Of a stretch of DNA of 64,000 bases, positions 49,034-57,427 are shown piece by piece (position 1 is the first letter of the stretch; each line of letters opens with the position of its first letter). Under the pieces are notes generated by a model. It did not search any database. It saw only the letters and a list, made by a program, of their open reading frames with translations, and had not been told where the DNA came from. A program made the position numbers and the translations under genes. Origin of the DNA: a virus (Duplodnaviria > Caudoviricetes); the IMG/VR virus record IMGVR_UViG_3300037418_002577, positions 9,563-73,562 of that record, one strand, 5' to 3'.

Positions 49034-50125
49034 ATGCCCATCCGCCTGATCGTGATTTCTGCATCCGCACTATTGTCGCTGTGTCTGATCGGATGCAATG
49101 ACGAGTCTTGCCCCCCCAACATGGAAGAGATCGCGCGGAGTAGCTGTGGCGATGGTCGTAGTGATTATCAGTGCTGGCCTGGAACTGATCGGAACCGTGA
49201 CGGCGAGCGTTTTTGGTATGACAATTTTGGACAACGGCTCTACTTCAGCCGCGGGAGAGTCTGGAGGCAATGTTGCGGAACTCGGGGATGGAACGCCAAG
49301 GGCAATCCCCACCGAAACAATGTCACGCTACTTAAGAAGCCGTTTCGCTATAACCCCACAAGGATCCCAGCCATGCCTATCCGCCCGACGCTCGTATTCG
49401 CCCTCCTGTGCGTGCCCGCCGCCGCGGACGACACAATCCCCGCCCCGGCGAAGTACGGCACGCCAGACGCGGCCTATGCAACGCACGGGGGCTATCTCTC
49501 GGCGTTCGATCCGCGGACCCGCAACCCGCGTTGGGTGCTCGAGCGAATCGACCGGACGTCGCTGCGGAATGTGGTCAAGCGAGACACGGAGAAGTTCCGC
49601 CCCGATTCGTCCCTGCCGGCCGTGTTCCGCGTGGACGACCGCGATTACCTGCGGAGCCAGTGGGACCGCGGGCATCTGGCGGCCGCCGCAAATCACCTCG
49701 CCAGCCAGGCGGACCTGGACAGCACGTTCCTGTTCTCGAACACGATGCCGCAGTCCGCCCCCTGCAACCGTGGGATCTGGGCGCGGCTCGAAGCGGAGAT
49801 CCGCGACCTCGCCGAGCAAGAGGACGTTGGCGCCGTGTTCGTGCTGACGCTGCCGCTGTGGAGCGCCGGGCCGGATGGGATGGTGCGGCATGCGGTCATC
49901 GGGCCACATCGGGTGTTCGTGCCGACGCATTGCGGGAAGTCGGTCCTGATCGAGCGCGGCGACCGCTTGGAACTGCGGGCCTGGATGGTGCCGAACCTGG
50001 ACTGCGGCAGCCTGGAGACGCATCACTTCCGCTGCCCGGTCGATCTGCTGGAGTCCGAGGCCGCGCTCGACTTCTGGGCGGCCCTGGAGGACAGCGAAGA
50101 AGCGGAGTTGGAAGCCGTCAAATAG
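49034..50125 (+). CDS. DNA/RNA non-specific (NucA-like) endonuclease with two in-frame signal peptides
   Basis: 'RNPRWVLE', 'WDRGHL', 'STFLFSNTMPQ..CNRGIWARLE'; lipobox-like 'LIGC' after 49034 and a second signal peptide at 49373. Confidence 0.85.
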   Translation: MPIRLIVISASALLSLCLIGCNDESCPPNMEEIARSSCGDGRSDYQCWPGTDRNRDGERFWYDNFGQRLYFSRGRVWRQCCGTRGWNAKGNPHRNNVTLLKKPFRYNPTRIPAMPIRPTLVFALLCVPAAADDTIPAPAKYGTPDAAYATHGGYLSAFDPRTRNPRWVLERIDRTSLRNVVKRDTEKFRPDSSLPAVFRVDDRDYLRSQWDRGHLAAAANHLASQADLDSTFLFSNTMPQSAPCNRGIWARLEAEIRDLAEQEDVGAVFVLTLPLWSAGPDGMVRHAVIGPHRVFVPTHCGKSVLIERGDRLELRAWMVPNLDCGSLETHHFRCPVDLLESEAALDFWAALEDSEEAELEAVK

Positions 50126-50168
50126 CCGGCGCGTAGCCGTCAAATGAAACCCCAAGTTGGAGTCTGGA

Positions 50169-50639
50169 ATGGAATGCGTTCTCTTGTTTGCGGCAGGCGT
50201 GGGCTTCGTTTGTTTCTTGGTCACTTTGACCTACTTGGAATGGTGGGGGCAGTCACATCGTCGCGATGAGAGGCAGGCAACGGCAGACGCCTTCCGTGCG
50301 GAATGCGACGAGGTCATGGAGTTTTGCGACGAGATTCAGGCCAGCTGGAAGCGGTGTGCTGCCGAAAAGCCCGCGCCCGGAAACATGCTGATGTGGACGG
50401 AGCAAAAGACCGGCGAAAACTGGCCATTAAGGTTTCAGGCCGACCACCCCGCGGGCTCGCATTTTTATCAAGTTGATGCGTCGTACGACGATGACGGGAA
50501 GGTGGCATACTGGAGCGCGGAGTACGTCGACAGACACTGGCTAACCCACCGAATGAGGATCGCGGACACCGACTTCGAGTCCTGCATTTTGGCCTGCGAG
50601 CGGCACGCGGCCTACTGCCTCGAACATCCGGTTCCGTGA
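50169..50639 (+). CDS. membrane-anchored hypothetical protein
   Basis: N-terminal TM helix. Confidence 0.6.
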   Translation: MECVLLFAAGVGFVCFLVTLTYLEWWGQSHRRDERQATADAFRAECDEVMEFCDEIQASWKRCAAEKPAPGNMLMWTEQKTGENWPLRFQADHPAGSHFYQVDASYDDDGKVAYWSAEYVDRHWLTHRMRIADTDFESCILACERHAAYCLEHPVP

Positions 50640-50713
50640 AAAAGACGTGACATCCGCCCGTAGCCCGCGTATAGTGGGGGCAGGTTTACCCCAAGTCACC
50701 TGCCGAGGCAAAC

Positions 50714-51544
50714 ATGATCAAGACACCAACGAGCACATTGGCACTTTTCGCCGTGGTCCCGCTCACGCTTTACATGCTGTTCACGATAAACAGCGATGGT
50801 GGCCTCCAGTTATCCGAACCCGACGAGTCGATCGGCCTTCATCAGAGCGCGATCGACGCGGCTTTTCTGGAGCACGAGCAAGCAAGCCAAAGGAAACCGA
50901 CAGATCCGAAGCAGCCGATAACGCGTGTAGTCACCCTAGGAAAAGTAACAAGGAACGGACACATGGCAACTGAGAGTCATTTCGCCGGCCACGCCGAAAA
51001 CAGCGCATCCGGCGGCGCAAGTGCGTGGTCTTCTACCATCGACGCCCCGTCTTCGATGTCCGCCGAAGATGAAAACTGGATGACCTGTAGTCTCGACAAC
51101 AACGCGGCCAGCCAAACGATCGTCGCGAATACGTTCGGGTTTGCGATCCCGACTGGCGCGATCATAAACGGGATCGAGGTTTCGTGGCGTCGCATGGAGA
51201 ACAACTCGGGCGGCATCCACATCTTCGACAACAACATTGATGTCAGTAGCCCTTCAGTCGGAGCGACCGGCGGACGGGCGGACGCTGCGGAATGGGCTGA
51301 TGCCTTCTCGGCGCAATCCTACGGCGGGCCAACCGATCTCTGGGGTGCGTCATGGACCGCAGAGGACATTAACGATCCGCTATTTGGGTCGTCGCTTTCT
51401 TGCCGCGACGTCGGCGGATCGCTCGGAACAGCCCAAGTCGACGCCTGCGTAATCACGGTGTATTACGATGAGGCGGCGCCGGTCGACCCCGTTGAACTCC
51501 GCGCTGGATCGCAGACGATGTCGGGATGCTTCAGCCAGCCGTAG
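50714..51544 (+). CDS. secreted/virion-type beta-domain protein
   Basis: Signal/TM; 'FGFAIPTGAIINGIEV...YGGPTDLWG..WT..DIN...FG' motif seen in phage tail-associated domains. Confidence 0.65.
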   Translation: MIKTPTSTLALFAVVPLTLYMLFTINSDGGLQLSEPDESIGLHQSAIDAAFLEHEQASQRKPTDPKQPITRVVTLGKVTRNGHMATESHFAGHAENSASGGASAWSSTIDAPSSMSAEDENWMTCSLDNNAASQTIVANTFGFAIPTGAIINGIEVSWRRMENNSGGIHIFDNNIDVSSPSVGATGGRADAAEWADAFSAQSYGGPTDLWGASWTAEDINDPLFGSSLSCRDVGGSLGTAQVDACVITVYYDEAAPVDPVELRAGSQTMSGCFSQP

Positions 51545-51562
51545 GCCCGGCCGATCAACCCC

Positions 51563-51592
51563 AGCCCCGGCGCAAAACGCCGGGGCTTTTTT
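51563..51592 (+). terminator. intrinsic terminator
   Basis: AGCCCCGGCG-CAAAA-CGCCGGGGCT followed by T-tract. Confidence 0.85.
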
Positions 51593-51597
51593 CATGC

Positions 51598-51672
51598 GCA
51601 TCCGCGATGGAATCGAAGCTGGCGGATTCGGTCTGGTCGATTGAGCGGCTGCTGCCGGAAGTGGCTATGTAA
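51598..51672 (+). pseudogene. possible C-terminal relic of an IS1-related transposase
   Basis: Translates ASAMESKLADSVWSIERLLPEVAM*, resembling the recalled TPAM-x-AG(L/I)-x-DH-x-WS-x-EEL tail; no upstream ORF. Confidence 0.4.
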
Positions 51673-51830
51673 CTGCGGTTGCCTTGCGGCTGAGTCCCCG
51701 CATTCGGACAATGAAAACGCCACCAGCGATCAACTGGTGGCGTTCGGTGTTCCCTCTGGCCGAGAGAACCATGCCAATCGGTAACAGCATGGTACGGCTC
51801 CCGGCGTGGATCGTCAATCGGGAGTTGTCA

Positions 51831-52412
51831 ATGTCGAAATGTAGCGAATGCGGGTTACTGATGTTTCGGGATACCACAACATGCAAGCCCGAATCCGCAG
51901 ATGAGCGTACAAGAGAAAGCGGAGTCCTCAAGAGAAACGGCACCGCATTCCCCTTAACATTTTTGTGCCTTGCCAATTCGCCGAGTTTTTGCCGAAAGCA
52001 GCCGGAGAGCCCGAAGCAATCTGCTGTAGAATCAATAAACAAAGAAATCGAGTGCGATTCCTTTGTGAAATGGATTCCAGCAAAATCGGCTCAGGAACAC
52101 GAAGACATGACCATTCTCGAAAAAGTGCGAGAAGAGAATCGCCGTGCACAGGAGCAAATGCGTGCCGAGCAGCTAGCAGTGAAGAAGGAAGCCGACGAAC
52201 GGTATGCCGAAGAACGTCGCCACAAGGCAGAAGATCGCGAACGCGCAAGGCGAGCAGAAGAGCGAGCAGAAAAATCTGAATTGCGGGCGGATGAGTTGGC
52301 GAAGAGCGTCAGGCTTCAGAGATGGGGAATTGCGCTATCCGTAGTAATATCCGCAGCGCTCGCCATCAAGGCAGTTGTAGAATGGATCGGTTCCGCAGCA
52401 ACACAGTCGTAG
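51831..52412 (+). CDS. moron-like protein with coiled coil and C-terminal TM
   Basis: GGGAG RBS before ATG 51831; lower GC; TM 'WGIALSVVISAALAI'. Confidence 0.55.
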   Translation: MSKCSECGLLMFRDTTTCKPESADERTRESGVLKRNGTAFPLTFLCLANSPSFCRKQPESPKQSAVESINKEIECDSFVKWIPAKSAQEHEDMTILEKVREENRRAQEQMRAEQLAVKKEADERYAEERRHKAEDRERARRAEERAEKSELRADELAKSVRLQRWGIALSVVISAALAIKAVVEWIGSAATQS

Positions 52413-52430
52413 GACAGTACCGAGATTTGA

Positions 52431-52637
52431 ATGTGCCGATTCATCAAGTATCGCGATTCCCACACCGGCGAAACGGTTTACGTCAACTTGACGTCTGTGA
52501 CCGAAGCCAAGTACAGCGAACAAGACAACCGCCTTGAGGTCACGATCGGCAATCCCATCGGTGAATGCCGCACAGCGATTCTCCGCGGCAAGGAAGCCGA
52601 GCAGGCCAAGGCGGCTTTGGACGGCATCTGCAAATAA
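52431..52637 (+). CDS. small hypothetical protein
   Basis: 68 aa; 'GETVYVNLTSV' motif. Confidence 0.6.
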   Translation: MCRFIKYRDSHTGETVYVNLTSVTEAKYSEQDNRLEVTIGNPIGECRTAILRGKEAEQAKAALDGICK

Positions 52638-52663
52638 GCCACGGGACAGCGCCGGGGCTTTTT
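52637..52663 (+). terminator. intrinsic terminator
   Basis: Imperfect AGCC-ACGG...CCGG-GGCT stem plus T5. Confidence 0.55.
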
Positions 52664-52672
52664 CGTGCGAGG

Positions 52673-52831
52673 CTACTCTCTCGGCGGAAACACCAGGAAA
52701 GCAAACGGACCGAGCCAGATCGAGAGCCGCCACATTCCGGCCGGATAGCCCCGCATGATCGGCGCCGCCACGCCCAGAATGGCCCAGCCGAATCCCACGA
52801 CAGTCGCTATAAACCCTAAGAATTCCTGCAT
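52673..52831 (-). CDS. 52-aa hydrophobic membrane protein (not in ORF track)
   Basis: MQEFLGFIATVVGFGWAILGVAAPIMRGYPAGMWRLSIWLGPFAFLVFPPRE*; GAGAGGG RBS. Confidence 0.65.
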   Translation of the reverse strand: MQEFLGFIATVVGFGWAILGVAAPIMRGYPAGMWRLSIWLGPFAFLVFPPRE

Positions 52832-52857
52832 TTACGGCCCTCTCTGAAAACAGAACC

Positions 52858-52929
52858 AAAGGTTGCCCCAAAGGTCAACCCAAAGGTGCAGATAAAGGTG
52901 CCCCTAAAGGTGCCCCTAAAGGTCAGTAA
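52858..52929. repeat. six AAAGGT direct repeats with exact 12-bp period
   Basis: AAAGGT at 52858, 52870, 52882, 52894, 52906 and 52918. Confidence 0.9.
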
Positions 52930-53177
52930 GTCTGAAATCAGTTTCTGATATTATTTCCGCCTTCGCAATTGGTAGATATCCCGAACAACAGGTTGTGGTC
53001 GAGCCAGCGAGCGAGGCTGGATTTTGTATCTTGTAAACACCCGTTCATGTGGTAATCTGGTCTCATTCGGATCAAGGAATGATCAACCCGCCACCGGCGC
53101 AGAGCCGGACGAACGCTGCCCCGGAAACCAACTGCGGCCATGACAGGCCAAAGGGCGGCCTTGCAGGAGAAACCTGC

Positions 53178-53423
53178 ATGCGACACGTCAAACTCACCCA
53201 TCGCCAAGCCGCCGTTCTGAGCTATATCCGCTCCACTGCTCGTCTCCGCGGCCGGCCCCCGTCCCTTCGCGAGATCGCCCGCCACTTCGGGATCGCATCC
53301 ACCAATGGCGTCGGATGCCACCTGCTGGCGCTCCGTCGCAAGCGGGTGCTGACCTGGAAGGTGGACGATTCCCGCACGCTGCAGCCGGCGATCACCCTCC
53401 CTTTCGGCGGGGACGTTGGCTGA
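53178..53423 (+). CDS. LexA-type winged-helix DNA-binding domain only (no protease domain)
   Basis: 'LTHRQAAVLSYI...GRPPSLREIARHFGIASTNGVGCHLLAL.RK'; AGGAG RBS; 81 aa. Confidence 0.85.
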   Translation: MRHVKLTHRQAAVLSYIRSTARLRGRPPSLREIARHFGIASTNGVGCHLLALRRKRVLTWKVDDSRTLQPAITLPFGGDVG

Positions 53424-53803
53424 CTCTTGAGCCAAATTCCGCGCTCGTCAGCCGTTTTTGGTTTTCTCAGCGGGGCGCGCCGTCAAAGTCATAAGTAATC
53501 GTGCTGATATCACTTACGAATACAAAGAAGTGTTCTCTGATGCCGCTTAAGTGCAAAACCTCAATCGGCAGCAGATATACCAATTGAAATCGATATTTAC
53601 CCATGTGTAGATTGGCAAACATCAGGGATTCTACCATGACTTCTCACGTGGTCCCCGAAGCGTTCTCCGAGCGTTGCAGGATGCAAATCTCGTTAAACAC
53701 TCGCGAATAGACCGGCGCGTAGCGTCCGGCAGGCGATTGCCATGCCCGCCAAAAAACTTCGTCACGGAAGACAGCGTGGTGTGTTCGGTAAGGATTCGGC
53801 ACG

Positions 53804-53992
53804 ATGTCGCAAATCGAATCGAATGTCGGGAAAACGGTAATTTTGTTTCGTGTCCTTGATCGGGATGGCATGGTTCTGGCAGACTTGCTGCCAGAGCGTG
53901 CCGCGAAGGTCAGTTGCGAAACATGGGAGCGGCACGAACCGGAGCTTGGCGTCCGGGCGGTTCCCGTGCGGTGGCAAGAGGTAACGAGATGA
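53804..53992 (+). CDS. small protein coupled to the integrase
   Basis: AAGGA RBS; ATGA overlap with the integrase start. Confidence 0.55.
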   Translation: MSQIESNVGKTVILFRVLDRDGMVLADLLPERAAKVSCETWERHEPELGVRAVPVRWQEVTR

Positions 53993-55659
53993 TTCCGGTT
54001 GCGCTGTACCTGCGAATGTCAACGGACGTCCAAGAGCACTCGATTCCTGACCAGAGGAAGGCGCTGGTGACATTCGCGGGGCAGCACAAGTACAAGATTG
54101 TCGCGGAGTATCTCGACGAAGGGATCTCCGGCGACCGCACGGAGAAGCGGGCCGGGTTTCTCCAGATGATTGCCGACTGCGGCAAGGGTAAGTTTCAGCG
54201 GATTTTGTGCTGGGATCAAGACCGCTTCGGACGGTTCGACCCCTTGGAAGCCGGCTACTGGATTCAGCCGATGCGCGCGGCCGGCGTGATGTTACACACG
54301 ATCGCCCAAGGCTTGATCGACTGGTCGCAGTTCGAGTCGCGGATTTTGTACAGCCTGGCTCAGGAAGGAAAACACGCCTTCCTGCGGGATATGTCGCGGA
54401 ATGTCATCCGCGGCCTCGCGCGGCACTGTAAGGATGGGCAATGGCACGGGCATGTGCCGATCGGTTACGAAAAGGGACCCGACGGGCGGCTGGTCCTGGG
54501 TGATCCAACGGAGATTGCCGCCGTCCGCGAAGCCTACAGGCTGAGGTTGCTGGGGTTCGGCTATCGCAATATCGCCAATCGCCTCAACGCTTCTGGCGCC
54601 CCGACGCCGATGCCGGGGAAGCCATGGCAGATGTCGGCCGTCCGCGACCTGCTGACACGCGAGACGTATCTCGGGGTCTGGGCCTTTGGGAAAAAACCGA
54701 CCGGAAAATACAACTGGATGGTCAACGGGGAAGTCGCCAAGGCAGAGAAGGGCCGCAAGCCGGTGCCGATCCGCATGGAGGGGAATCATCCGGCGATCAT
54801 CGACCAAGCGACCTGGGACGCTGCGCAATCCGTCCGAGCCTCGAAGCCGAAACCTCGCGCGCGTGGCTGCGATGGCGGGGCCGCGCTCTCCGGGCTCGTC
54901 TACTGCGGCGTTTGCGGGGCCGTGATGCATGCCCGAAGCATGGCCGGGCATCCGACGACCACGAAAGCCGTGTACATCTGCTCGACGAACATGGCGACCG
55001 GCGGCTGTGGGTACTGCTCGTTCGGCCAAAAGGATCTACTGGCTGGCATCCTGGAGATGATCCGCGAAAAGGTGCTCCTTGAATCCGTGGACGAACTCGA
55101 AAAGTGGATCGCGAAGAAACTGAAAGCTAAAAAATCTGTTCCCACCGTGGACAACCGGGCCAACCTGGCGAAGCGGCTGGCAAAGCTGAACGCTCAAATT
55201 TTTACCGCCGTCGAACGTATGACGACGGTGCACGAGCGGCTGGTCCCGGAGTTGGAGCAAAAGCTCCTCGCTCTTCAAGACGAACGGGAGTCTGTCACGG
55301 CAGAACTGTCGCGGCCAGATTCGTCACGCAAAAGGCTGTCGCCGCGGGTCATCGCCGAGACGATGTGGGAACAGTTCGGAGGGAACCTTGAAGAGCGACC
55401 CACGGAAGAGTTGCGAGCAAGGCTTGGCAAGATTATCAAGCGAATCGATATGCACTACAAAAAGGGGCCGAAGACAGGCCGCGGGCAGCGATGGGTGTTC
55501 GATCGCGCGACCGTACAGCTTGCGAATGGATATGCAGAGAAGTTGGTTTTACCTTACTTAAGGCAACTGTTCTGCGCATCGACAATATCGCTGGTTCCCC
55601 AGGGAAAATGGCTCATTCCGTGCGATCATGTGCAATCGCCCGCTCGATGTTCGTATTGA
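53989..55659 (+). CDS. large serine recombinase (integrase)
   Basis: 'ALYLRMSTDVQ', 'WDQDRFGR', recombinase domain 'PIGY', Zn ribbon 'LSGLVYCGVCG...YICS...C', coiled coil. Confidence 0.92.
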   Translation: MIPVALYLRMSTDVQEHSIPDQRKALVTFAGQHKYKIVAEYLDEGISGDRTEKRAGFLQMIADCGKGKFQRILCWDQDRFGRFDPLEAGYWIQPMRAAGVMLHTIAQGLIDWSQFESRILYSLAQEGKHAFLRDMSRNVIRGLARHCKDGQWHGHVPIGYEKGPDGRLVLGDPTEIAAVREAYRLRLLGFGYRNIANRLNASGAPTPMPGKPWQMSAVRDLLTRETYLGVWAFGKKPTGKYNWMVNGEVAKAEKGRKPVPIRMEGNHPAIIDQATWDAAQSVRASKPKPRARGCDGGAALSGLVYCGVCGAVMHARSMAGHPTTTKAVYICSTNMATGGCGYCSFGQKDLLAGILEMIREKVLLESVDELEKWIAKKLKAKKSVPTVDNRANLAKRLAKLNAQIFTAVERMTTVHERLVPELEQKLLALQDERESVTAELSRPDSSRKRLSPRVIAETMWEQFGGNLEERPTEELRARLGKIIKRIDMHYKKGPKTGRGQRWVFDRATVQLANGYAEKLVLPYLRQLFCASTISLVPQGKWLIPCDHVQSPARCSY

Positions 55660-55900
55660 ACGCGACGAGATTCTGCTTCGCCTGCTTCCCGGTCAGGATG
55701 CCGTTGATAAACAGTTGCCGGATTCCCCGCCGCTTCAGAATGGCCTGTAAATCAGCGAGCCTCTGGAGTGAGTCAGTGATCGAGTCGGCAATCTCCGTGA
55801 TCTCCTCGACCGTCACAATCCCGGCGCGAATTCGCTTCGCATTGGGCTTCGCTGTTTCCTTGGACTCGACCGGCTTTTTCGCCATTTCAGATAACCCCAT
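55613..55900 (-). CDS. small hypothetical protein, divergent from the rightward operon
   Basis: 95 aa; occupies the position where a repressor would be expected; no clear HTH. Confidence 0.55.
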   Translation of the reverse strand: MGLSEMAKKPVESKETAKPNAKRIRAGIVTVEEITEIADSITDSLQRLADLQAILKRRGIRQLFINGILTGKQAKQNLVAFNTNIERAIAHDRTE

Positions 55901-56024
55901 CTCCGCTGTTCTTTGATTTTGTAACGACAGATAACCAATTCTAACGGCAGAGGGACACACAAAGCAATACAGAAATCACCGTTATGGATATCCGGCGATT
56001 CCTTACTTTTCCTATCGTTGTATA

Positions 56025-56054
56025 TTGACAATTAACGTTTCCTGTCGTTATCTT
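56025..56054 (+). promoter_or_regulatory. sigma70-type promoter of the rightward operon
   Basis: TTGACA (56025-30), 18 nt, TATCTT (56049-54); predicted start near ATG 56061 (possibly leaderless). Confidence 0.65.
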
Positions 56055-56157
56055 ACCGACATGATGACCGACGAACGAATGACACGACGATTTTGGATTT
56101 CAGACGAGGCGTTCGAGGGGCTACTGGAATCGTTTATCGACGGATACCTGGAAAAGG

Positions 56158-56427
56158 ATGAACGGAATGCAAAAACCCCCGAAGTGCCTAACAAAAGGCT
56201 GTCCAGGAAAAAAAATCCACGGCCGCGGGCTGTGCCAAAATTGCTACCACACGGCGTTCGTGATGGTGCAGCGCGGCGAGACGACCTGGGATGAGCTTGT
56301 GCAGAAGGGGGTGGCGAAGGCGGTGCGAGCTGGTTCGGACGCCGAGCGGTTCCGTCTGCAACTCACGCAGAAGCGAAAACGGCCAGCGACGGGATGTAGA
56401 GACGCGGGTGTCTCGCAGACCCCATAA
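56158..56427 (+). CDS. small Cys-motif protein
   Basis: 'KCLTKGC...HGRGLCQNCY' motif; its stop lies inside the tRNA-like element. Confidence 0.65.
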   Translation: MNGMQKPPKCLTKGCPGKKIHGRGLCQNCYHTAFVMVQRGETTWDELVQKGVAKAVRAGSDAERFRLQLTQKRKRPATGCRDAGVSQTP

Positions 56428-56461
56428 GGCTGAGGTCGCGGGTTCGATCCCGCCGTCCCCA
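56390..56461 (+). tRNA. degenerate tRNA-Met(CAT), initiator-like
   Basis: Acceptor GGGATG/CGTCCC, D stem GAGA/TCTC, anticodon loop CCCATAA, variable loop AGGTC, T stem GCGGG/CCCGC; deviations: C33, one anticodon-stem mismatch, 6-nt T loop, no CCA. Confidence 0.6.
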
Positions 56462-56571
56462 TTCACTGATTAGCGGCTCACTAAGCTCTCTCAGGCGGCT
56501 CTCTGCCGCAACCCCTGTTCTCTGTTCTGCGTGGAAAATCCGTACCAACAACCCCCAAGGAAAGGCGAGTC

Positions 56572-57336
56572 ATGTCGAAGACGTTGCAAGAGATTTTTGA
56601 TTTTGTGCTGGGCGAGAAGCCGTCAACCCCCCAGGAGGTGCGAGCCAAACGCGAGGAGTGCTGGAAGTTGCTCCTCGAAGAAGAAGCACAAATGGACGCC
56701 AAGCATCCCGGATTGAACGAGTCGATACTGGGCTTCCTCGTGACAATGGGCCCGAATTCGCGTGAGTTCAGCAATCCGAAATTCCGCAAGGTGCTGCTGC
56801 GTTACGCCAAGATCGGGCTGTCGCACGTCGTTTGGGCTCTGAATCACGCGGACGAGACGGCCCCGGGGGTTCCCGTGCCCGAGGCGGCCGCGCAGGACAA
56901 GCCGGTCGTGCGCCGGTTCGCGCACAAGACCGGATTCGCTCCATGGGTCTCGCATGTCGAATTTGACGGCGACGAGTGGTGCTGGGTCCACAAGGACGGC
57001 ACCCATGGGGACATCGGCCGGCCTATGAAGGAAATCGAAAATGACATTGTGACCGGCCTCTGGGTCGAACTGCCGCCCGGTGAAGATCCGCTGGCCCCGA
57101 AGTCGGTCGCGGATGAGTACGATCCGCTGGCGCACATCGCGAAAGTGCGGAGCGAAATCCCCGAAGGCGTTCGGGATGGTATCTGGTTTGTCATGGAAGT
57201 CTATGACCAAGGCAACCCGCAATCCAAGATTCGGTCGCTCTCGGATCTCGACACGCACGCCTTCTGCGCATCGCTGATTCTCGATGAGATGGCCCGCTTG
57301 AAGAAGTCCGCGCCGGAGCCCGCTTCCGCCGGGTGA
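56572..57336 (+). CDS. hypothetical protein
   Basis: AAGGAAAGG RBS; 254 aa. Confidence 0.75.
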   Translation: MSKTLQEIFDFVLGEKPSTPQEVRAKREECWKLLLEEEAQMDAKHPGLNESILGFLVTMGPNSREFSNPKFRKVLLRYAKIGLSHVVWALNHADETAPGVPVPEAAAQDKPVVRRFAHKTGFAPWVSHVEFDGDEWCWVHKDGTHGDIGRPMKEIENDIVTGLWVELPPGEDPLAPKSVADEYDPLAHIAKVRSEIPEGVRDGIWFVMEVYDQGNPQSKIRSLSDLDTHAFCASLILDEMARLKKSAPEPASAG

Positions 57337-57427
57337 CGGCCTTGATGTCCGAGTGGCGGCGACGTAGCCGCCGGGGCGGGGGATTACCCAGAGTCCTCCG
57401 CCCCCTTTGAAACAGACGGAGGTCGCG

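Noticed and set aside
52858-52929. CRISPR array
   Set aside because: 6-bp repeats with 6-bp spacers are far too short, and no cas genes are present in the window
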